A stretch of 64,000 nucleotides of DNA from Firmicutes bacterium CAG:321_26_22 (lineage in GTDB: Bacteria; Bacillota_I; Bacilli_A; RF39; UBA660). The position numbers and the translations under genes were made by a program. The notes under the pieces were generated by a model. That model was not told the origin of the DNA and did not search any database. It saw only the letters and a program-made list of their open reading frames with translations. This document shows, in pieces, positions 19,176 through 30,526 of the stretch (position 1 is its first letter; each line of letters opens with the position of its first letter). The DNA lies in contig MNTB01000030.1 in NCBI GenBank assembly GCA_001916775.1, positions 33,962-97,961 on the forward strand, written 5' to 3'.

Positions 19176-19215
19176 TTGATATTTAGAATTATCTTTATTT
19201 TTTATGCCACTTCAG
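19176..19215. terminator. bidirectional rho-independent terminator (aaagataattct...agaattatcttt flanked by A/T runs)
   Basis: 12-bp perfect stem, T-run on plus and A-run upstream. Serves the convergent genes at 17383-19155 and 19263-20315. Confidence 0.7.
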
Positions 19216-19262
19216 CCTATAGTCTTACGTGGTAAATTAGAGCCCTGTAGTCTCTAATTTAG

Positions 19263-20315
19263 TTATTTGGTTTTTCTTTTTACTTTTATTTTTGATAGTT
19301 CTTCAGCAATATCACTATATAGTTCTTTTTGACTTTGATAGTAGGCTTCAATTATATCTTTATTACTTGAATATATTCTCGTAGTCATGTCTATATATTC
19401 TCTATCTTCACTTGGTGCTGTTACTGCATCAGTTAATGTTGCAAGCACTTTTTTATTTTTCTTTTGTTTTGGTAGTATGTTAGTATATCCTGCTGCTGAT
19501 GTATCTATTAAGATATTTTCTTTTATACTACTTGGTTTATATATTCTAGATTGAGTTGGATCTAAATAATATGTATCTCCTTGGTAGACTGCTGTTGTTA
19601 TTTTATGATTACCTATTATAGTTAGTTTTTTATCTTTTTTAGGTATAGTATACTCATAATATTTATTTAGTTCTTCTTCATATTGATATACTAAATCTAA
19701 AAGATGAATGTTTGTTCTTTGATGTTCATTATGAATTTCTTCTAGCAGACTTATCATATTTTCTACATTATCTTGCATTACATCAAAATCACTTTGATAT
19801 ACAGTTAAAGTATTTCCTTCTATTCCATAAGCATTATATATTTCTTTTAACATAGTAGCTATATGACGACATACTGCTTCACCATTCATTATATTTGATG
19901 AGTATATATCTTTAATATCTCTAACTGTTGCTTCTCCAAAATGAAATTCTTTATTTTTAGATAAATAACCATCATATAACATCTTATTATAAAATGTATA
20001 TATCTCTATAGGATTTTGAAATTCAAATATTCTATTTAATTTTACATATTCAGAAAGAAATTCTTGATAAAGAATTTTTATTTTTTGAACTTCTTTTGTA
20101 TGTGATTCTGAATTTCTTGAAAATATTGCATAACTAACATTTATAATATTTGCTCCTAGTAACAAAAGACTTGCTAATAAACTATCACTTACGTTAGGTA
20201 AAAGAGATGTTCCTATTCCACATGACATGATTGCTATAGTATTAGCTTTAGATATTATTTCATTAGTATTATAACTTATGTTTCCATATATTTTATCTTT
20301 TAAATTATCTCTCAT
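19263..20315 (-). CDS. transglutaminase-like cysteine peptidase-fold membrane protein (paralog 1)
   Basis: NGEAVCRHIA (Cys), a His further on, and YYLDPTQ (Asp), consistent with a TGc Cys-His-Asp triad. N-terminal TM helices. Confidence 0.5.
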   Translation of the reverse strand: MRDNLKDKIYGNISYNTNEIISKANTIAIMSCGIGTSLLPNVSDSLLASLLLLGANIINVSYAIFSRNSESHTKEVQKIKILYQEFLSEYVKLNRIFEFQNPIEIYTFYNKMLYDGYLSKNKEFHFGEATVRDIKDIYSSNIMNGEAVCRHIATMLKEIYNAYGIEGNTLTVYQSDFDVMQDNVENMISLLEEIHNEHQRTNIHLLDLVYQYEEELNKYYEYTIPKKDKKLTIIGNHKITTAVYQGDTYYLDPTQSRIYKPSSIKENILIDTSAAGYTNILPKQKKNKKVLATLTDAVTAPSEDREYIDMTTRIYSSNKDIIEAYYQSQKELYSDIAEELSKIKVKRKTK

Positions 20316-20316
20316 A

Positions 20317-21345
20317 TTATCTTTTTTCCTTTCTCTTTACTTTTATATTTGACAATAGATTTGATATATAATTATATAATTCTTGATGTTCTTTATAAAA
20401 TCTTTCTAATATATCTTTATTTTGTTTATAAATATTAATAGTGCTTTTGACATATTTTAAATCTTCACTAAATGGTGTTGATGGATTTGCTTTCATTGCT
20501 TTAGAAGAATTTGCTCTTGGTATTATTTTAGTATCTATTCGACCATCTTCAGATATTAAAATTTTTTGATTATTCATACTTGGCTTATACATTCTTGTTT
20601 GAGTTGGATCTAAATAATAGTCTTTACCTTGATAAGTGGCTTTAGTTATACGATGATTTGTTAATTTACCTATGTCTTCTGGTGATATATAATAACTAAA
20701 AGCTTCCTGTATTTTATCTTCGAGTAAGTAGGTTAAATCTTCTACTGGGATACCTTTTATATCACTTACTTTTTGTAATTCTTTTTGATAATATGATAAC
20801 ATACTTTTATCTGTTGTAGTATCTTTTTGAAATACACTAATATCATAACTTGTTATGCCATAGTCTAAATAAATATCTTTTAACATTTGTGCTATATGAC
20901 GACATACTGCTTCTCCATTTATTATATTTGTTCCTTGTATAGTCGTTATGTCTTTAACTTTATCTTTTCCAAAGTGAAATTCTTTATCTTTAGATAAATA
21001 TCCAGCATATAACATTTTATTATATAATGTATATATTTCTACAGGATTTTGAAAGTCAAATATTTTATTTAGTTTATTATAGTCCTTTATTAAATTATTA
21101 TATAATTTTCTTATTTCTATTATATCTTTTGTATGTAATGATAATCTTTCTTCTTCACTATATATATAATATATCATATTTAATATGCTTAACATCATTA
21201 ACGATGCGGCATTATTTAAATTTGCTCCTAGTGAGAAGAAGCCTGTACCAAAGGTTGTTAATATTAGTCCTAGATTTATATCACTTATTAATTCACTAGT
21301 ATTATAGTTTATATTACTATATATTTTCTTTATTATTTTATCCAT
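20317..21345 (-). CDS. transglutaminase-like cysteine peptidase-fold membrane protein (paralog 2)
   Basis: Same motifs (INGEAVCRHIAQ, HRITKATYQGKDYYLDPTQ). Tandem paralog with conserved motifs and the same domain order. Confidence 0.5.
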   Translation of the reverse strand: MDKIIKKIYSNINYNTSELISDINLGLILTTFGTGFFSLGANLNNAASLMMLSILNMIYYIYSEEERLSLHTKDIIEIRKLYNNLIKDYNKLNKIFDFQNPVEIYTLYNKMLYAGYLSKDKEFHFGKDKVKDITTIQGTNIINGEAVCRHIAQMLKDIYLDYGITSYDISVFQKDTTTDKSMLSYYQKELQKVSDIKGIPVEDLTYLLEDKIQEAFSYYISPEDIGKLTNHRITKATYQGKDYYLDPTQTRMYKPSMNNQKILISEDGRIDTKIIPRANSSKAMKANPSTPFSEDLKYVKSTINIYKQNKDILERFYKEHQELYNYISNLLSNIKVKRKEKR

Positions 21346-21430
21346 AACAATTCCCCTTCATATGTGCTGGGTATTATACCATATATTATAAAAAAAAGCA
21401 AATTTTTGTTTGCTTATGATAAAACTTAAT

Positions 21431-21506
21431 TTAAAGACTTTGGCTTTAAATTACTATAGAAAGACCTTAGGCTTTCTATAGCAGTGAACAACGAAGTGTG
21501 AACTCT
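21431..21506 (+). repeat. intergenic double-hairpin repeat, copy C (core GTGAACAACGAAGTGTGAACTC)
   Basis: ttaaag-ACTTTGG-ctttaa, then ctatagaaag-ACCTTAGG-ctttctatag, then the core. Confidence 0.75.
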
Positions 21507-21539
21507 AAAAAAATAGTCTAGTATAATTTACTAAACTAT

Positions 21540-24395
21540 TTACTTTTTTAATATTTCTTTTAAGAATTCCCCAGTATAAGAATTTGGATTATCGGCGACT
21601 TGTTCTGGAGTACCTACTGCTACTACTGTACCTCCACCAGAACCTCCTTCAGGACCTAAATCAATTATATAGTCTGCTACTTTGATAATATCTAGATTAT
21701 GTTCTATTATTATTACAGTATCGCCATTATCAACAATTCTCTCTAGGATAGCAAGTAATTTTTTGATATCGGCTTGATGTAAACCAGTAGTAGGTTCATC
21801 TAGAATAAAGACAGTCTTACCAGTAGGTTTCTTTTGAAGTTCTTTGGCTAATTTGACACGAGCAGCTTCTCCTCCGGATAGCGTTGGAGCACTTTGACCT
21901 AGGCGAACATAACTTAAACCTACATCATCTAGTACTTTTAATTTATTTAATACTTTAGGATGATTTTCAAAGAAAGGTATAGCTTCTTCAACACGCATAT
22001 TTAATACATCATATATATTTTTTTCTTTATATTTTATTTCTAATGTTTCACTATTATATCTTGTTCCATTACATACTTCACATGGTACATAAACATCTGG
22101 TAAGAAGTGCATTTCTATTTTTTTAACACCATCACCCCAGCAAGCTTCACACCTTCCACCTTTAACATTGAAACTAAATCTTCCTTTGTCATAACCTCTT
22201 ATTTTAGCTTCTTTGGTTTCAGCAAAGATATCCCTTATATCATCAAATACTCCAGTATAAGTAGCGGGATTACTACGAGGTGTTCTTCCTATTGGTGCTT
22301 GAGATATTTGAACTACTTTATCAACATTCTCTAAGCCTTTTATTTCTTTATATTTACCTGGTTTATCTTTAGAACCATATATTTTTTGAGCTAAGGCTTT
22401 ATATAGTATTTCATTTATTAAACTTGATTTTCCTGAACCTGATACTCCTGTTACGAGAGTCATTGTGCCTAGTGGTATTTTTACATTGATATTCTTTAAG
22501 TTATTTTCTTTGGCACCTTTTATCTCTAGATATTTTTTATTACCTTTTCTTCTTACTGAAGGTACTTCAATTCTCTCTGTTCCTTTTAGGTATCTTCCAG
22601 TAATACTATTTTCATTATTCATTACTTCTTCAGGAGTACCTGCCGCTACTACATTTCCACCTTCTAGTCCAGCACCTGGTCCTATATCAATTAGGTAGTC
22701 TGCTGCTAGCATTGTATCAGTATCATGTTCTACTACAATAAGGGAATTGCCTAAGTCACGCATTTCTAATAGAGAATTTATTAGTCTTTGGTTATCTCTT
22801 TGATGTAAACCTATACTTGGTTCATCTAAGACATATAAGACTCCTGTTAATCTTGAACCTATTTGAGTAGCTAATCTTATTCTTTGACTTTCACCACCGG
22901 ATAAGGTGCCAGCTTCTCTTGATAGTGTTAGATATGATAGGCCAACATTTATTAAGAAATTTAATCTTGAATCTATTTCTTTTACTACTATTTCAGATAT
23001 TTCTTTTTGTTCTTTTGTTAATTTTAGATTAGTTATAAATGTTCTTAGATCTCCTATTGACAGACATGTTACTTCATAGATATTTTTGTTATTTATTAGA
23101 ACATTTAATACTGATGGTTTTAGTCTTGAGCCATGACAAGTAGGACACTCTAGTTCTGTCATATAGCCTTCAATCCAATCTCTTATCCAAGTACTTTTGG
23201 TTTCGATATATCTTCTTTCAAGATTAGTTATTATTCCTTCATAGTAACTTGTTGTCTTTCTAGTATTTCCATTTTTGGCTTTATAATTAAAAGTTAGAGG
23301 TTCGGTTGAACCATATAATATTAAATTTAATTCTTCTTTGGTTAGGTCTTTAACGGGTTTACTCAAATCAATATGATAATAGTCCGCTAGTGTTGTTAGT
23401 TCAGTATACATAATACTTGATTCTTCATCTAGATTTATTGGTTTGATAGCACCATCTAGAATAGAGATATCTTTATTTGGTATTACTAAATCAACATCTA
23501 TTTTATATTTTACTCCTAAGCCTTTACAATCAGGACATGAACCATATGGAGCATTGAAAGAGAAGATTCTTGGTTCTAGTTCTTCAAGAGAATAATCACA
23601 ATATGGACAAGCATAGTCTTCACTCATGGTTATTTCTTCTTTACCTACAACATCGATTACTACTTTACCATGACTTAATTTACTAGCAGTCTCTAGTGAT
23701 GAATATAGTCTACTTCTTATTCCATCTTTGATTACTAGTCTATCAATTATTACTGATACATTATGTTTTTTATTTTTTTCTAATTCTAAATCGATTGTTA
23801 GTTCTTTTATTTCACCATCTACTTTTATTCTTATATATCCTTCTTTTCTTAGCTTTTCAAATAAATCTTTTTGAGTTCCTTTTTCACCTTTAACTACTGG
23901 TGACATAACCATTATCTTGGTATTTTCTTCTAGTTCTAAGATTTTATTGGTCATTTCTTCGATTGACTGAGATGAAATAGGGATATGATGATTAGGACAA
24001 TGGGGAACTCCTACTCTAGCAAACAATAGTCTTAGGTAATCATATATTTCGGTTACGGTTCCAACAGTACTTCTGGGATTTTTGTTAGTGGTTTTTTGGT
24101 CAATAGAAATACTTGGGGATAGACCTTCGATGACATCAACATCAGGCTTACCAGATGAACCTAAGAATTGTCTAGCATAAGCAGATAAACTTTCAACATA
24201 TCTTCTTTGGCCTTCGGCATAAATTGTATCAAAGGCAAGGGATGATTTTCCTGAGCCTGATACGCCAGTCATTACTACTAGTTTATTTTTAGGTATTTCT
24301 ATATTTATATTTTTTAAATTATTTTCTCTAGCACCTTTTATTATTATTTTATCCATATTATCACTGCTTCCTTTTCCTTTGGTATTATACCACAT
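21540..24395 (-). CDS. uvrA: Excinuclease ABC subunit A (UvrA); likely start at 24356 ([13 protein letters not shown])
   Basis: Two ABC ATPase halves ([27 protein letters not shown]), zinc-finger Cys clusters and LSGGE signatures. About 940 aa. Confidence 0.95.
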   Translation of the reverse strand: MWYNTKGKGSSDNMDKIIIKGARENNLKNINIEIPKNKLVVMTGVSGSGKSSLAFDTIYAEGQRRYVESLSAYARQFLGSSGKPDVDVIEGLSPSISIDQKTTNKNPRSTVGTVTEIYDYLRLLFARVGVPHCPNHHIPISSQSIEEMTNKILELEENTKIMVMSPVVKGEKGTQKDLFEKLRKEGYIRIKVDGEIKELTIDLELEKNKKHNVSVIIDRLVIKDGIRSRLYSSLETASKLSHGKVVIDVVGKEEITMSEDYACPYCDYSLEELEPRIFSFNAPYGSCPDCKGLGVKYKIDVDLVIPNKDISILDGAIKPINLDEESSIMYTELTTLADYYHIDLSKPVKDLTKEELNLILYGSTEPLTFNYKAKNGNTRKTTSYYEGIITNLERRYIETKSTWIRDWIEGYMTELECPTCHGSRLKPSVLNVLINNKNIYEVTCLSIGDLRTFITNLKLTKEQKEISEIVVKEIDSRLNFLINVGLSYLTLSREAGTLSGGESQRIRLATQIGSRLTGVLYVLDEPSIGLHQRDNQRLINSLLEMRDLGNSLIVVEHDTDTMLAADYLIDIGPGAGLEGGNVVAAGTPEEVMNNENSITGRYLKGTERIEVPSVRRKGNKKYLEIKGAKENNLKNINVKIPLGTMTLVTGVSGSGKSSLINEILYKALAQKIYGSKDKPGKYKEIKGLENVDKVVQISQAPIGRTPRSNPATYTGVFDDIRDIFAETKEAKIRGYDKGRFSFNVKGGRCEACWGDGVKKIEMHFLPDVYVPCEVCNGTRYNSETLEIKYKEKNIYDVLNMRVEEAIPFFENHPKVLNKLKVLDDVGLSYVRLGQSAPTLSGGEAARVKLAKELQKKPTGKTVFILDEPTTGLHQADIKKLLAILERIVDNGDTVIIIEHNLDIIKVADYIIDLGPEGGSGGGTVVAVGTPEQVADNPNSYTGEFLKEILKK

Positions 24396-24449
24396 TTTTT
24401 TAAATTTTTAAACAAGAAAAAAATGCTAATTGATAGCACTTTATATTTA

Positions 24450-24995
24450 TTAAAAATTTAATTCGCCAGGGGATACGGTTCTAGCACCAGAGTCGGCCCA
24501 TGGGTTGTTTATTTTTCTTTCTAGTACTTTATGTTCCTCTTGCTCTTCAGGAATAAAGTTTTCTAGGTCTGGGCTTGTGTAGTTTGCTTCTTTTGTTTCT
24601 TCTTTTACCTTGCTAGAATCTTCTTTATCTGAATTATCAAGTTCTTTATCAAAAGTAACCGCAAGTTCATTTATAGGTTCTTCTGGTATATCCATGGTTA
24701 GAACTTCATCACGAGGATGAGTTAATTTATCTTGGTTTACTAAGTTAGTATATTTTGAATCATAAATACTTGCTTCACCTGGAGTACTTGATAAAGGTTC
24801 TTCTTTAGGAGAATCCTCTAATACTTTGGTATCTTCAGGTAATGGTATACTCTCTTCTTGTGGAGGCAATGTTTCTTTTTTTGATTTTTCAGATAGTAAT
24901 TTATTTACTGCATCTAAAAATTCTTCTTTACTTTGAGTAACCGCTAGTAAATCTATTATTCTTAACTTTTCTTCTGGGGTAAAATTATTATTCAT
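24450..24995 (-). CDS. acidic low-complexity hypothetical protein (181 aa)
   Basis: ORF rich in E/D/P/S. No recognisable domain. Confidence 0.4.
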   Translation of the reverse strand: MNNNFTPEEKLRIIDLLAVTQSKEEFLDAVNKLLSEKSKKETLPPQEESIPLPEDTKVLEDSPKEEPLSSTPGEASIYDSKYTNLVNQDKLTHPRDEVLTMDIPEEPINELAVTFDKELDNSDKEDSSKVKEETKEANYTSPDLENFIPEEQEEHKVLERKINNPWADSGARTVSPGELNF

Positions 24996-25055
24996 ACTTG
25001 TGCCTCCTTTACACTTATAGTATATATTAGAAAAGAAAAAAAGTAAATATTATAG

Positions 25056-25637
25056 TTAGTAATTATTTTTATTTGACACTATACTTGATACTTTTTTTCT
25101 TATCTTATTAATTATATTATATACAGTTCTTTGATTATTATCTATTATTTCAGATATTTCTTTTGGTTTATAGTTTTGTTCTTTTAATTTAAAAACTAAT
25201 TCTTCTTGCCAAGTTAATTTACTTATGATTGTTTTCTTTAATTTATTATAGTTATATTCTTCAAATACTTGTAGTTCTGGGTCATACTTTTTATCATATG
25301 AGGCTATATTTAAATAATCAGTACTATTAAGTGATGTTGCTTCACTTAGAATTCTACTCTTTTTGGTATTATTTTTTCTAAAAGCATTTTTTAAAGCATT
25401 ATCTAAGCATCTATTTAAATAGATATTATAGGGAGTAGTATCGCGATAATTATCTATTGTTTCATATAATGCTAAAGTTCCTTCACTTATATAGTCCTCT
25501 AGCTCATTATTAGTGTTATTTCTTTGTGAATATTTTCTAGCTTTATAATAAATTAGATTTTTATATTTTTGATAAATTAGGTCTTTTACTTGATCATCAT
25601 CTTTAGCTAAATATAATAGTTCATAATCATTATCCAT
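25056..25637 (-). CDS. sigH: sigma-70 family RNA polymerase sigma factor, SigH-like
   Basis: Region 2 (QKYKNLIYYKARKY...EDYISEGTLALYETIDNY) and a C-terminal region 4 HTH. Lies downstream of rlmB-mrnC, the usual sigH position. Confidence 0.55.
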   Translation of the reverse strand: MDNDYELLYLAKDDDQVKDLIYQKYKNLIYYKARKYSQRNNTNNELEDYISEGTLALYETIDNYRDTTPYNIYLNRCLDNALKNAFRKNNTKKSRILSEATSLNSTDYLNIASYDKKYDPELQVFEEYNYNKLKKTIISKLTWQEELVFKLKEQNYKPKEISEIIDNNQRTVYNIINKIRKKVSSIVSNKNNY

Positions 25638-25638
25638 A

Positions 25639-26346
25639 TTATACTCCTCTTGATCTATTTATTTCTGCTAGAAAGATGCCACAAGCTACGGAAGCATTTA
25701 AACTATTTACTGTTCCACTCATAGGTATTTTGGCTAAGTAGTCACAATTTTCACTTACTAATCTACTTATTCCCTTACCTTCATTTCCTATTATTAGAGC
25801 AGTTTTCATTTTATAATCAATATCGGTATAGACTGTTCCTTCCATATCAGTACCTACAACCCAATAACCATAGTCTTTTAATTTTTTGATGGTATTATTT
25901 AGATTTGTTACTTTGATTATTTTTACTTTTTCAATGGTACCTACTGATGCTTTTACAACAGTTCCGGTTATATCTACTGAACGATCATTAGGTATTATTA
26001 TGGCATCTACGCCAAAGGCTTCGCATGATCTTATGATGGCTCCAAAGTTATGAGGGTCTTCAATATGATCTAATAGGACCACTAGTGGATACTCTTTATC
26101 GATATTTGGTATGATATCTTCTAGTGAATAGGTTTTAACATCTTCTACTTCTAATATTATACCTTGATGTAAACCTTTACACATTTTATCTAAATCACGC
26201 ATATCTAGAAGAATAGGATTTATATTTTTCTTTTTGATTAGAGTGATTATTTCATTATCTTTAAATTTATTACTTAGATATACTTTTTTTATTTTATCTT
26301 TTGTTTGTAATTTTTCTCTTGCTACATTCTTTCCATATATTTGCAT
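25639..26346 (-). CDS. rlmB: 23S rRNA (guanosine-2'-O)-methyltransferase RlmB/TrmH family (YacO)
   Basis: SpoU motifs (VVLLDHIEDPHNFGAIIRSCEAFG, LIIGNEGKGIS, SLNASVACGI). Confidence 0.8.
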   Translation of the reverse strand: MQIYGKNVAREKLQTKDKIKKVYLSNKFKDNEIITLIKKKNINPILLDMRDLDKMCKGLHQGIILEVEDVKTYSLEDIIPNIDKEYPLVVLLDHIEDPHNFGAIIRSCEAFGVDAIIIPNDRSVDITGTVVKASVGTIEKVKIIKVTNLNNTIKKLKDYGYWVVGTDMEGTVYTDIDYKMKTALIIGNEGKGISRLVSENCDYLAKIPMSGTVNSLNASVACGIFLAEINRSRGV

Positions 26347-26726
26347 TATTTCACCTCTATTTGCTCTAATATTTCTTTTAATCTATCTTTATTATTTAAG
26401 TATAAGTCTCCTAGTAAAGCTTCAAAACCAGTAGATAATTTATAGGTTATGATATCGGTATTTTTGGGGTGATTTTCTTTTTTGTTATTTCTTCCTCTTT
26501 TTACGATATCTAATTCTTCTTCAGTTAAGAAGTTATCTTTAGTTAATTTATCTAATATTTTTACTTGTCCTTTAGCGGATACATAAGGAACTGCTGATGC
26601 ATTTAATTTATTGGCATTATTGATACCTTGTTTTAATAATTTTTCTCTTATATATAAGGATAATACAGCATCTCCTAGCAAGGCTAATACTTGAATATTT
26701 ATTGTTTTAGTATTCATTTTATACAC
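26346..26726 (-). CDS. mrnC: Mini-ribonuclease 3 (MrnC)
   Basis: ALLGDAVLSLYIRE matches the RNase III-like catalytic helix. 126 aa. Sits directly upstream of rlmB. Confidence 0.75.
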   Translation of the reverse strand: MYKMNTKTINIQVLALLGDAVLSLYIREKLLKQGINNANKLNASAVPYVSAKGQVKILDKLTKDNFLTEEELDIVKRGRNNKKENHPKNTDIITYKLSTGFEALLGDLYLNNKDRLKEILEQIEVK

Positions 26727-26840
26727 TTCTTTCTTTGAAAAAAATATTGTTTTTCTTCATATTTAAATGACACATATAGTTTATCATATATAGTTATCTT
26801 TGTCTATAATTTGGTAAAAGAAAAGTAGCATTTTTATCTG

Positions 26841-27641
26841 CTACTGATTATTTTGCATTATTTGTCCAAACATTGATGGTCCAGTTGTTGTTTGTCCTCC
26901 TACTGGGATGGGATTATTTACTTGATTAGACTCATTTACTGGATTACCAAAGAATGGATTACTATTTAAATTAGTATTAACTCCCGAATTCATGTTTGGA
27001 GTACTATTTATATCTATTTTGAAATTATCTGTTGTATCCATTAGATTGGTTGGTTCTGGCGTAGGTTGTTGATACAAATTACCACTGAAGTTTACTGGTT
27101 CATTACTTTGATTATTTACTACTTGATTATCTAATTTAGGAATTTGTTCTCCCATCGGTTGATAATTAGTTGGTTCTAGAACTGGTGTTGGTACTTCAAA
27201 GTTATTTGTTTGTAAATTTGGCATAGCCTCAGTTTGATTCATGTTAGGAATATTTAAATTATTTGGTACTTGTCCTTTTTGACTTGATACTTCTACTGGT
27301 TCTGGTGTTGACATTTGAGGTGTTACTTCTACAGCAGGACTACTTGGAGCATTAAATGCTGGTACTTCAAAACTTGGAGTACTTACAGGAATACTTTCTG
27401 TATTTACTGGTTTCTCTTTTGGCATATCGAATGCTCCTGAATTAAATGTAGGAACTTCAAAACTAGGCATGTTATTTGCTACACTTTCTTTAGGTGGATT
27501 AAATACTGACTCCTGAACAGGTAACTCTACTTTTTCTTCTTTATTATATTTGTTATTAAGATTTTTTAATGTCTCACGAGTAGGTTCTTGTAATAACTCA
27601 TTCGTTATATCCTCTAACTCTTCTTTTGTAAAATATTTCAT
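26841..27641 (-). CDS. Pro/Asn/Thr-rich low-complexity protein (266 aa) with repeated PSFEVP(T/A)FN motifs
   Basis: ORF with a terminator hairpin at 26815-26838. Confidence 0.45.
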   Translation of the reverse strand: MKYFTKEELEDITNELLQEPTRETLKNLNNKYNKEEKVELPVQESVFNPPKESVANNMPSFEVPTFNSGAFDMPKEKPVNTESIPVSTPSFEVPAFNAPSSPAVEVTPQMSTPEPVEVSSQKGQVPNNLNIPNMNQTEAMPNLQTNNFEVPTPVLEPTNYQPMGEQIPKLDNQVVNNQSNEPVNFSGNLYQQPTPEPTNLMDTTDNFKIDINSTPNMNSGVNTNLNSNPFFGNPVNESNQVNNPIPVGGQTTTGPSMFGQIMQNNQ

Positions 27642-27732
27642 ATTAGGCCCCTCCTTATTATAAATAAATTATAATATAAAAAAGATAAAAAGTAAATAGA
27701 AATATCACTTTTTATCTAGAATAATTTTTGAA

Positions 27733-28935
27733 TTAGTCTGCTAATTTTTTGTTATGCTTTATTTCTTCCCAACCTAAATTTCTTTTAAATATTGATATCA
27801 TAAGGCATAAGATATAGCTTAATAAAAATAATGGGTTATATAACGTTAATTTTGTTTTTGATACATTTAAATTTAATTTATTTTTTTCACTTTTAATTAT
27901 TATATAGGTTATACCCGCTAATTCTAAGTAGATTAGTAATAAGACTACTACTAAAGTTTTTATAAATGCTGTAATATCATTTATTGTTAATGAACTTACT
28001 ATTAATAAAAGAACTCCTATTAAAAGGTATATTAGTGGTTGTACTCCTATTACGGTACTTATTTTTGAACCATAGTTTTTATCTTTATAATCTAGACTTC
28101 TTCTAATTTCTTTGATATATATTTTACGAGCTTCAAAATAACCTTTTACCCATCTTGTTCTTTGTTTCATAGATACTTTAAAACTATCTGGTTGTTCATC
28201 ATAAAAGATAGCTTTCTCATTATAGGTTGTAGTTAAGTTATTCAAAGTACTATATAGAGTTAATTCATAATCTTCAGTTAAGGTATTAAAAGGGAAACCT
28301 TGCCAATCTTCCACTAAAGAACCTTTGATATAATATCCTGTTCCTGATATGGTTAAATTATTGGTATATTTACTTTTTAATTGATTACCAATTGTATTTA
28401 TCATAGAAAAGGTTAAGGCAGAAGAAGCTGCTACTAAGGTAGAACTATTTTTAGTATTACGATAACTTATGCCAATATCATAACCTTCTTCAATACTATT
28501 TATCATTTCTTTGATATAGTTTTTATCTAAGATATTATCGGCATCAAAGATAAAATAGGCATCATATTTTTTATTTTTTGATAATATCTCTTTAATAGCA
28601 TCATCTAAGGCATAGCCTTTTCTTTTTTTAGTTAAATCTTTTCGATAGATGATATTCATATTATGTTTTTTGACTATTTCTACTGTAGGATCTTCTTTTG
28701 ATTCTACAATTATATAGACATCTTTGGAATTTATTTTTTTAGTTTGCTTTTCAATACTAATTAGAAGTTGTTCTATTACTTGAGATTCGTTACGTGCAGG
28801 TATTAAAATACAATATTTATTAGTTACTGTATCTGACTTCTTGGGACTATTGTTATTTCTTGTCATTACAAAGAAACTATATACTAACAAGAATAGTGAA
28901 TAAATTATTAATAAAAAACTTATTATTGTTGTCAT
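27733..28935 (-). CDS. family 2 glycosyltransferase, membrane-bound
   Basis: ILIPARNES and FDADN (DxD) motifs. N- and C-terminal TM helices. Confidence 0.7.
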   Translation of the reverse strand: MTTIISFLLIIYSLFLLVYSFFVMTRNNNSPKKSDTVTNKYCILIPARNESQVIEQLLISIEKQTKKINSKDVYIIVESKEDPTVEIVKKHNMNIIYRKDLTKKRKGYALDDAIKEILSKNKKYDAYFIFDADNILDKNYIKEMINSIEEGYDIGISYRNTKNSSTLVAASSALTFSMINTIGNQLKSKYTNNLTISGTGYYIKGSLVEDWQGFPFNTLTEDYELTLYSTLNNLTTTYNEKAIFYDEQPDSFKVSMKQRTRWVKGYFEARKIYIKEIRRSLDYKDKNYGSKISTVIGVQPLIYLLIGVLLLIVSSLTINDITAFIKTLVVVLLLIYLELAGITYIIIKSEKNKLNLNVSKTKLTLYNPLFLLSYILCLMISIFKRNLGWEEIKHNKKLAD

Positions 28936-28981
28936 CTTACCACCATATTCGTATAACCATTCTTCATTCTGCTAACTCCTT

Positions 28982-29959
28982 TTATATTAAATTATTTCTT
29001 TCATATATATTGATATCATATTTAGTATATATATCAACTTTTCCTTTTTTAGTAAACTTTATGAAACATAAATCTTCAATTACGATATCTTTATCTTTTT
29101 CTAGATTGAATGTTATTTTTTTACATTCTTTTAATTTTGGATTATTATGAGTCATTTTTGTTATATTTAAGTTATTAGCTATATATATAGTAATATTATT
29201 ATCTGTATAATAATCTAATCTAATATAGTCTTCAATTACTAGAGAACCTTTTCCTTTTAACTGATAACTTCTTGGTTTTATCTCTTTTTTAGGAGTTATT
29301 TTTTTTATTTCTTTTAGAGATAGACTATTTAGAATACTACCTTCATTTAATAAGCCCGGTGTATCTATTATTTTTAAATTATCTAAGTTTATTTCTATTT
29401 TATTTAGGGTTGTTGAAGGATATAGACTAGTTGTTATTTCTAGTTGTTTGTCGGTATAGTTTTTTATTAGTTTATTTATTAGAGTTGATTTACCTGAATT
29501 AGTCATTCCTACAAAGTATATTTCTTTATTACTTTTATTATATTTTTTTATTTTGTTTAATAAGCTATCTAGATTGTAATTTTTTATTGAACTTATTATT
29601 TCAATATCTAGATAGTTATTAGTTATATTAGATATATAATTTATTAATTTATAGTCCTGAACTGATTTTGGTAATAAATCTTTTTTGGTTAATACTAATA
29701 TTACATTATTAAATTTATTTATATATTCTAAATTAATATTTAATAATGATGTTAAATAGACTACTAACGCATCTTTAGGGATACTATTTAAAATATCAGT
29801 ATAGTCTTTATTATTTAATGTTACAGCTTTGTATTCACCATAATTTTTTAATTTAAAGCATCTTAAACATAGTTCATTATCTATATTTTCTGTATATCCT
29901 TCTTTATTTATATCTTCTGTTTGAAGAGTAATGCCACATCCTGTACACTTCTTAATCAT
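28982..29959 (-). CDS. yqeH: ribosome biogenesis GTPase YqeH (zinc ribbon + circularly permuted GTPase)
   Basis: N-terminal CTGCGITLQ...CLRCF, GMTNSGKSTLIN and DTPG. Overlaps yqeG. Confidence 0.8.
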   Translation of the reverse strand: MIKKCTGCGITLQTEDINKEGYTENIDNELCLRCFKLKNYGEYKAVTLNNKDYTDILNSIPKDALVVYLTSLLNINLEYINKFNNVILVLTKKDLLPKSVQDYKLINYISNITNNYLDIEIISSIKNYNLDSLLNKIKKYNKSNKEIYFVGMTNSGKSTLINKLIKNYTDKQLEITTSLYPSTTLNKIEINLDNLKIIDTPGLLNEGSILNSLSLKEIKKITPKKEIKPRSYQLKGKGSLVIEDYIRLDYYTDNNITIYIANNLNITKMTHNNPKLKECKKITFNLEKDKDIVIEDLCFIKFTKKGKVDIYTKYDINIYERNNLI

Positions 29960-30473
29960 AATATTCTCCTACTTTAAATATTCCTTTTTTATTCATTTTA
30001 TTTATTTCTTTTCTTTCTATATAACGATGTATTTTAGTAAATGGCATATCAATATCAGACATTGGATTTACTAATACTGTTGTTATACCTACTCTATTAC
30101 CACCATAGATATCTGTTACTAATTGATCTCCAATGATTGCTACTTCAGATAAGTCTAATTTGTATTCTTTTAATACTTTTATGAATTTTGCTTTTCTTGG
30201 CTTTCTAGCAGATGGGCAACAATCAACATTTAAATATTTTTTAAATGGTTCAAGTCTATTTCTTGGTGAATTAGAAAATATTATTACTGTAAAACCTGAA
30301 TCTTTTAGTTTATCAAAATGATTTTTTAATTTTTTAGTTGGTTTTTTATCTACATATGGTACACAAGTATTATCTAAATCAAAGAGTAAACATTTTATAC
30401 CGTTTTCTTTTAATTTATCATAGTTTATGGTATAGATACTTTTTTGATAAACATCTGGATAAAAATAATTCAT
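29952..30473 (-). CDS. yqeG: HAD-superfamily phosphatase YqeG
   Basis: LLFDLDNT and IFSNS motifs, then GDQLVTD. Conserved yqeG-yqeH pairing. Confidence 0.75.
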   Translation of the reverse strand: MNYFYPDVYQKSIYTINYDKLKENGIKCLLFDLDNTCVPYVDKKPTKKLKNHFDKLKDSGFTVIIFSNSPRNRLEPFKKYLNVDCCPSARKPRKAKFIKVLKEYKLDLSEVAIIGDQLVTDIYGGNRVGITTVLVNPMSDIDMPFTKIHRYIERKEINKMNKKGIFKVGEYYD

Positions 30474-30526
30474 ATATAATTCACCTCACTATAAATATTA
30501 TACTATATTTTTTTTATTATTGAAAG

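Noticed and set aside
19208-19255. GC-rich segment (ccacttcagcctatagtcttacgtgg...gagccctgtagtctc) after the HerA gene as a possible att site or tRNA fragment
   Set aside because: Only weak, imperfect pairing, with no repeat partner elsewhere in the window.
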